From assembly GCA_012523875.1 (NCBI GenBank), contig JAAYSW010000139.1, positions 1 to 35,904 of the forward strand: a stretch of 35,904 bases of DNA. Direction: 5' to 3'. The position numbers were made by a program, and so were the translations under genes. Numbering within the stretch: position 1 is the stretch's first letter; each line of letters begins with the position of its first letter. This stretch comes from Clostridiales bacterium. GTDB taxonomy: Bacteria; Bacillota; Clostridia; Oscillospirales; Ruminococcaceae. The notes under the pieces were generated by a model. That model was not told the DNA's origin, did no database searches, and saw nothing but the letters and a program-made list of their open reading frames with translations. Shown here one piece after another: positions 35,833-35,904 of this stretch.

Positions 35833-35904
35833 CTAACTAATCTTAGTAATACGATTAACTGCTAGGTAACCTAATACAAGAGTTATAACACAAACTATTA
35901 TTTC
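35833..35904 (-). CDS. Possible 3' end of an upstream gene (23 codons plus stop; hydrophobic tail)
   Basis: An open frame enters from the window edge: EIIVCVITLVLGYLAVNRITKIS, then TAG at 35835-35833. This is too short to assign. Confidence 0.25.
   Translation of the reverse strand, partial: EIIVCVITLVLGYLAVNRITKIS

Overview
This window is a visibly AT-rich chromosomal core region (G+C not computed). It most likely comes from a spore-forming, low-GC Firmicute of the class Clostridia. Supporting evidence: an alpha/beta-type SASP gene, a split transketolase, ecfA1A2T-truA, and RicA/YmcA next to miaB. I count about 33 CDS, nearly all on the minus strand with tight spacing, plus a plus-strand tRNA cluster (Gly-TCC, Arg-TCT, His-GTG).

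Gene order, right to left on the minus strand:
- ruvC, an LRR protein, ruvA, ruvB, glmM
- ecfA1, ecfA2, ecfT, truA
- a bitopic beta-rich protein, a CvpA-like protein, a ClpE-type AAA+ ATPase
- (plus-strand island: tRNAs, then a NusG_II-domain protein, a Gx transporter and an ApbE lipoprotein)
- miaB, ricA(ymcA), mutS, mutL, miaA, hfq
- an orphan HlyD/MFP-like protein, yggS(ylmE), sepF, ylmH, divIVA, ileS
- lspA, rluD, a HAD phosphatase, split tkt
- (plus-strand SASP), then a ComEA-like gene

I found no CRISPR array, transposase, integrase, prophage remnant, toxin-antitoxin pair or recognisable defence system. I cannot point to a clear-cut novel system.

The best candidates for a second look are:
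1. a cytoplasmic BspA-type LRR protein embedded in the ruvCAB operon;
2. an orphan membrane-fusion-like protein translationally coupled to the yggS-sepF-ylmH-divIVA division cluster;
3. the poorly understood NusG_II / Gx-transporter / ApbE module;
4. a co-transcribed pair of uncharacterised envelope proteins;
5. a Cys-rich tail on the RicA homolog.

Several ORF-track N-termini look over-extended and were trimmed using SD spacing. Many genes appear to use TTG starts.
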